A stretch of DNA of 63,888 nucleotides, counting the filler, from Octopus bimaculoides (Eukaryota): NCBI RefSeq assembly GCF_001194135.2. It is 10 parts of 9 records of this genome, joined end to end, with 100 filler letters (N's around TTAATTAATTAA, not from the genome) between each part and the next. Parts side by side here need not be neighbours in the genome. Positions count along the whole stretch, not along the records: positions 61,828 to 63,888 come from NC_068992.1; 9 more parts are not named here. The stretch is one strand, 5' to 3'. The translations under genes were made by a program, and so were the position numbers. The notes beneath the pieces were generated by a model, which saw only the letters and a list, made by a program, of their open reading frames with translations, ran no database searches and was not told the DNA's origin. How positions within the stretch are numbered: the first letter of the stretch is position 1; each line of letters starts with the position of its first letter. Of the stretch, positions 61,874-63,888 are shown in pieces.

Positions 61874-62439
61874 AATAATTAATGTCCTAATGCAGCACAA
61901 GACAGTGGCTCTCATGGCTTCTGATCTTAATTGATTGGAAGTGTTATTATGTACAGTGTTTTGTCTTGGTCTAGAAGATGAGCTACAGCAAATATTCTGC
62001 TCAATGCCACAGATTTGCTTGTCAGTTGTTTGACCATAACCAGTTGAGCATGTCCCTTAGTGGTTGACGATATGTGCATCTGATCACAAGCAGAATTAGT
62101 GGGTGGGGGGAGCATCATAGCCATGTGTTGAGAAGAATTCTTTGGAGTTTGGATAATTCACCTTTGGAAACATGGGTGTTTTGTTCATCATCCTTAAACA
62201 ACCCTTATTCAGGGACCTTTTGAGCGGGATGGGCTAATCAATCTGAAGAAAATTCTAACTGAGCCCCCACCTGCAAGGTCATGCGCTGTTTATCTTGATA
62301 TGAGATCACTATGTTGTGCACATATCGTTGTGATGCATGTGCCTGGTGTACCCTTATCAGATAGGTAGTCATTTTGGGTATACTGGGCTTCGTATATTTT
62401 AGCTTGTGTCACTTTGATGGCATGCACCGCTCTCTCACT
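61872..62439. repeat. Non-coding interspersed-repeat-like segment bounded by (GAT)n and (TAA)n
   Basis: Sharp microsatellite borders; no ORF; possibly a UTR of an R4/Dong family (inference). Confidence 0.4.
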
Positions 62440-62440
62440 C

Positions 62441-62486
<46 letters not shown>

Positions 62487-62503
62487 GTAATAATAATAAT
62501 GAT

Positions 62504-62746
62504 AAAGATCTGGAAATACAAGTAACTCGAATGTGGAGCCTAAAACAGAAACAATTCCCATTATAGTAGGCGCATTTAGGACAAGTATATGTAACATACA
62601 GAAAAGAGCATTACTAGGCACCGCGCACATACTACGTAAAACACTTTCAATTCAGTGAAAGTAAAAGCACCACAACAAACCACAGTACATACTCAAGGCA
62701 CACAGAGCTGCGCTCGGTAGTGCAGTGAAAGCACGTGATAAAAATA

Positions 62747-62748
<2 letters not shown>
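62504..62748 (+). mobile_element. 5'-truncated R4/Dong 3' end inside a (TAA)n array
   Basis: KDLEIQVTRMWSL..TIPIIVGA..IQKRALLGTAHILRKTLSIQ* plus UTR; (TAA)n on both sides. Confidence 0.85.
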
Positions 62749-62799
<51 letters not shown>

Positions 62800-62800
<1 letters not shown>

Positions 62801-63266
62801 TGAGAAGGGCAAACAAAAGATGAAGAGTTTGAAAATAGAAAGCAAAGTTATATGGAAAAGCATTTACACCCTTAGCTTATGATGAAATCCGAGACGAAAA
62901 GAGGCAGACATTTGGGATTAGTTGAAGAAGGAAATTCTTAAAAAGGAGACAGAGGGATTAATCATGGCAGCTCAAGATCACGCCCTCGGGACAAATAGTC
63001 TAAAATGTAGGGCAGGAGTTAATGTGTACAGGTTGTGCGATGGACGAGAAATAGTGCCTCACATTGTTCTAAACTCACACAGAAACAGTAAGAATCTTGG
63101 AAACATGATAATATTGCAAAGATCATCTTGTGAGAAACGTGTAAGTAGTACGGACTTCCATCAGGACACAAGTGGTATGAAGACGCACCCGAAAAGGTGA
63201 CTGAGAATGATAAGGTCAACTTTGGGGGGACATACCTATCCAAACGGATCGTGTCCTAGAACAAAG
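62800..63266 (+). mobile_element. R4/Dong internal fragment starting at the (TAA)n edge
   Basis: LKKETEGLIMAAQDHALGTNSLK..WYEDAPEKVTENDKV..IPIQTDRVLE. Confidence 0.8.
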
Positions 63267-63371
63267 GTGGGTAACCCTTTCACTGCATTAAGTTAGTTGT
63301 AATTTAATTAGACCGCATTCAAGACGCTTCAATTAGATATTCTTGAAAATTTACATTATTTTGTATAAATC

Positions 63372-63750
63372 TTGTAGTAACGCCGTGCGCATGCGTAGTC
63401 TCACGCATGCGTGGAATTAAACAACCACGCGTTCCCGCTTCTACTCTATCTCTTTCTCGGTCGGCCGGCCATGAGCATGGACGTGTCAAGCAGTGTCTCC
63501 AACATTCCAACTCTGGAGACAGTCTCTTTCTTGCTGGCCAGCAATAGAGCATGGACGTGTTTAGCTGTCTCTCCATCTTTCGGACTTACGCTCGACAGCT
63601 CGCTTACATCTACATAACAACGTCCCAACAACTATGCTCACACACACAGAAGCTGTAACAACAAACAAGAGCTAAAGATGTATATATCTACCACCTGAAT
63701 AAATGTTGTTTAAGTTGATAGTCTGGAGTTCAGCGTTCCGTTATATTTCT
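63372..63750 (+). mobile_element. Possible solo LTR
   Basis: Begins TGTAGTAACG; GC-richer interior with TGCGCATGCG and a GAGCATGGACGTGT direct repeat; AATAAA near 63698; ends CGTTATA. Canonical CA end and TSD not confirmed. Confidence 0.3.
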
Positions 63751-63888
63751 TAATTTTATATAGGAAAGTCAGGTATACATCTAATGATGGATAACCCACT
63801 TTCCTATAATCTAATTACTGTATACTAATTAACTTCAAAAAAAATTTTTTTAATTAATTCTAAAATTAACTAACATTTTAATTACTTT

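Overview
AT-rich, microsatellite-dense, gapped eukaryotic scaffold. The SINE families, R4/Dong and RTE LINEs and the N-flanked TTAATTAATTAA spacers suggest an octopus-type cephalopod draft assembly (inference). Most of the window is decayed mobile DNA: tRNA-derived SINEs, RTE, CR1, Tx1-like, R4/Dong, Ingi-like and Penelope-like retroelements, Tc1/mariner fragments, MITEs and Helitron/Helentron-like pieces. The only recognisable host coding sequence is the last exon of a gamma-glutamylaminecyclotransferase (GGACT/A2LD1-like) gene. It is present as two intact, diverged tandem copies (17155-17433 and 17771-18049) that look like alternative terminal exons. Splice signals also suggest an unidentified minus-strand gene (about 20.2-22.5 kb) and an unidentified plus-strand gene (about 23.8-50.6 kb) around an ETS/YY1-type promoter. 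The clearest structural surprise is a 647-bp fold-back Penelope-like insertion carrying a minimal hammerhead ribozyme. It has a 10-bp target duplication and sits in the endonuclease motif of an R4/Dong element. There is no rRNA, tRNA gene or CRISPR array. Most ORFs in the supplied track are microsatellite or N-gap artefacts. All counts and alignments were done by eye, with no database searches.
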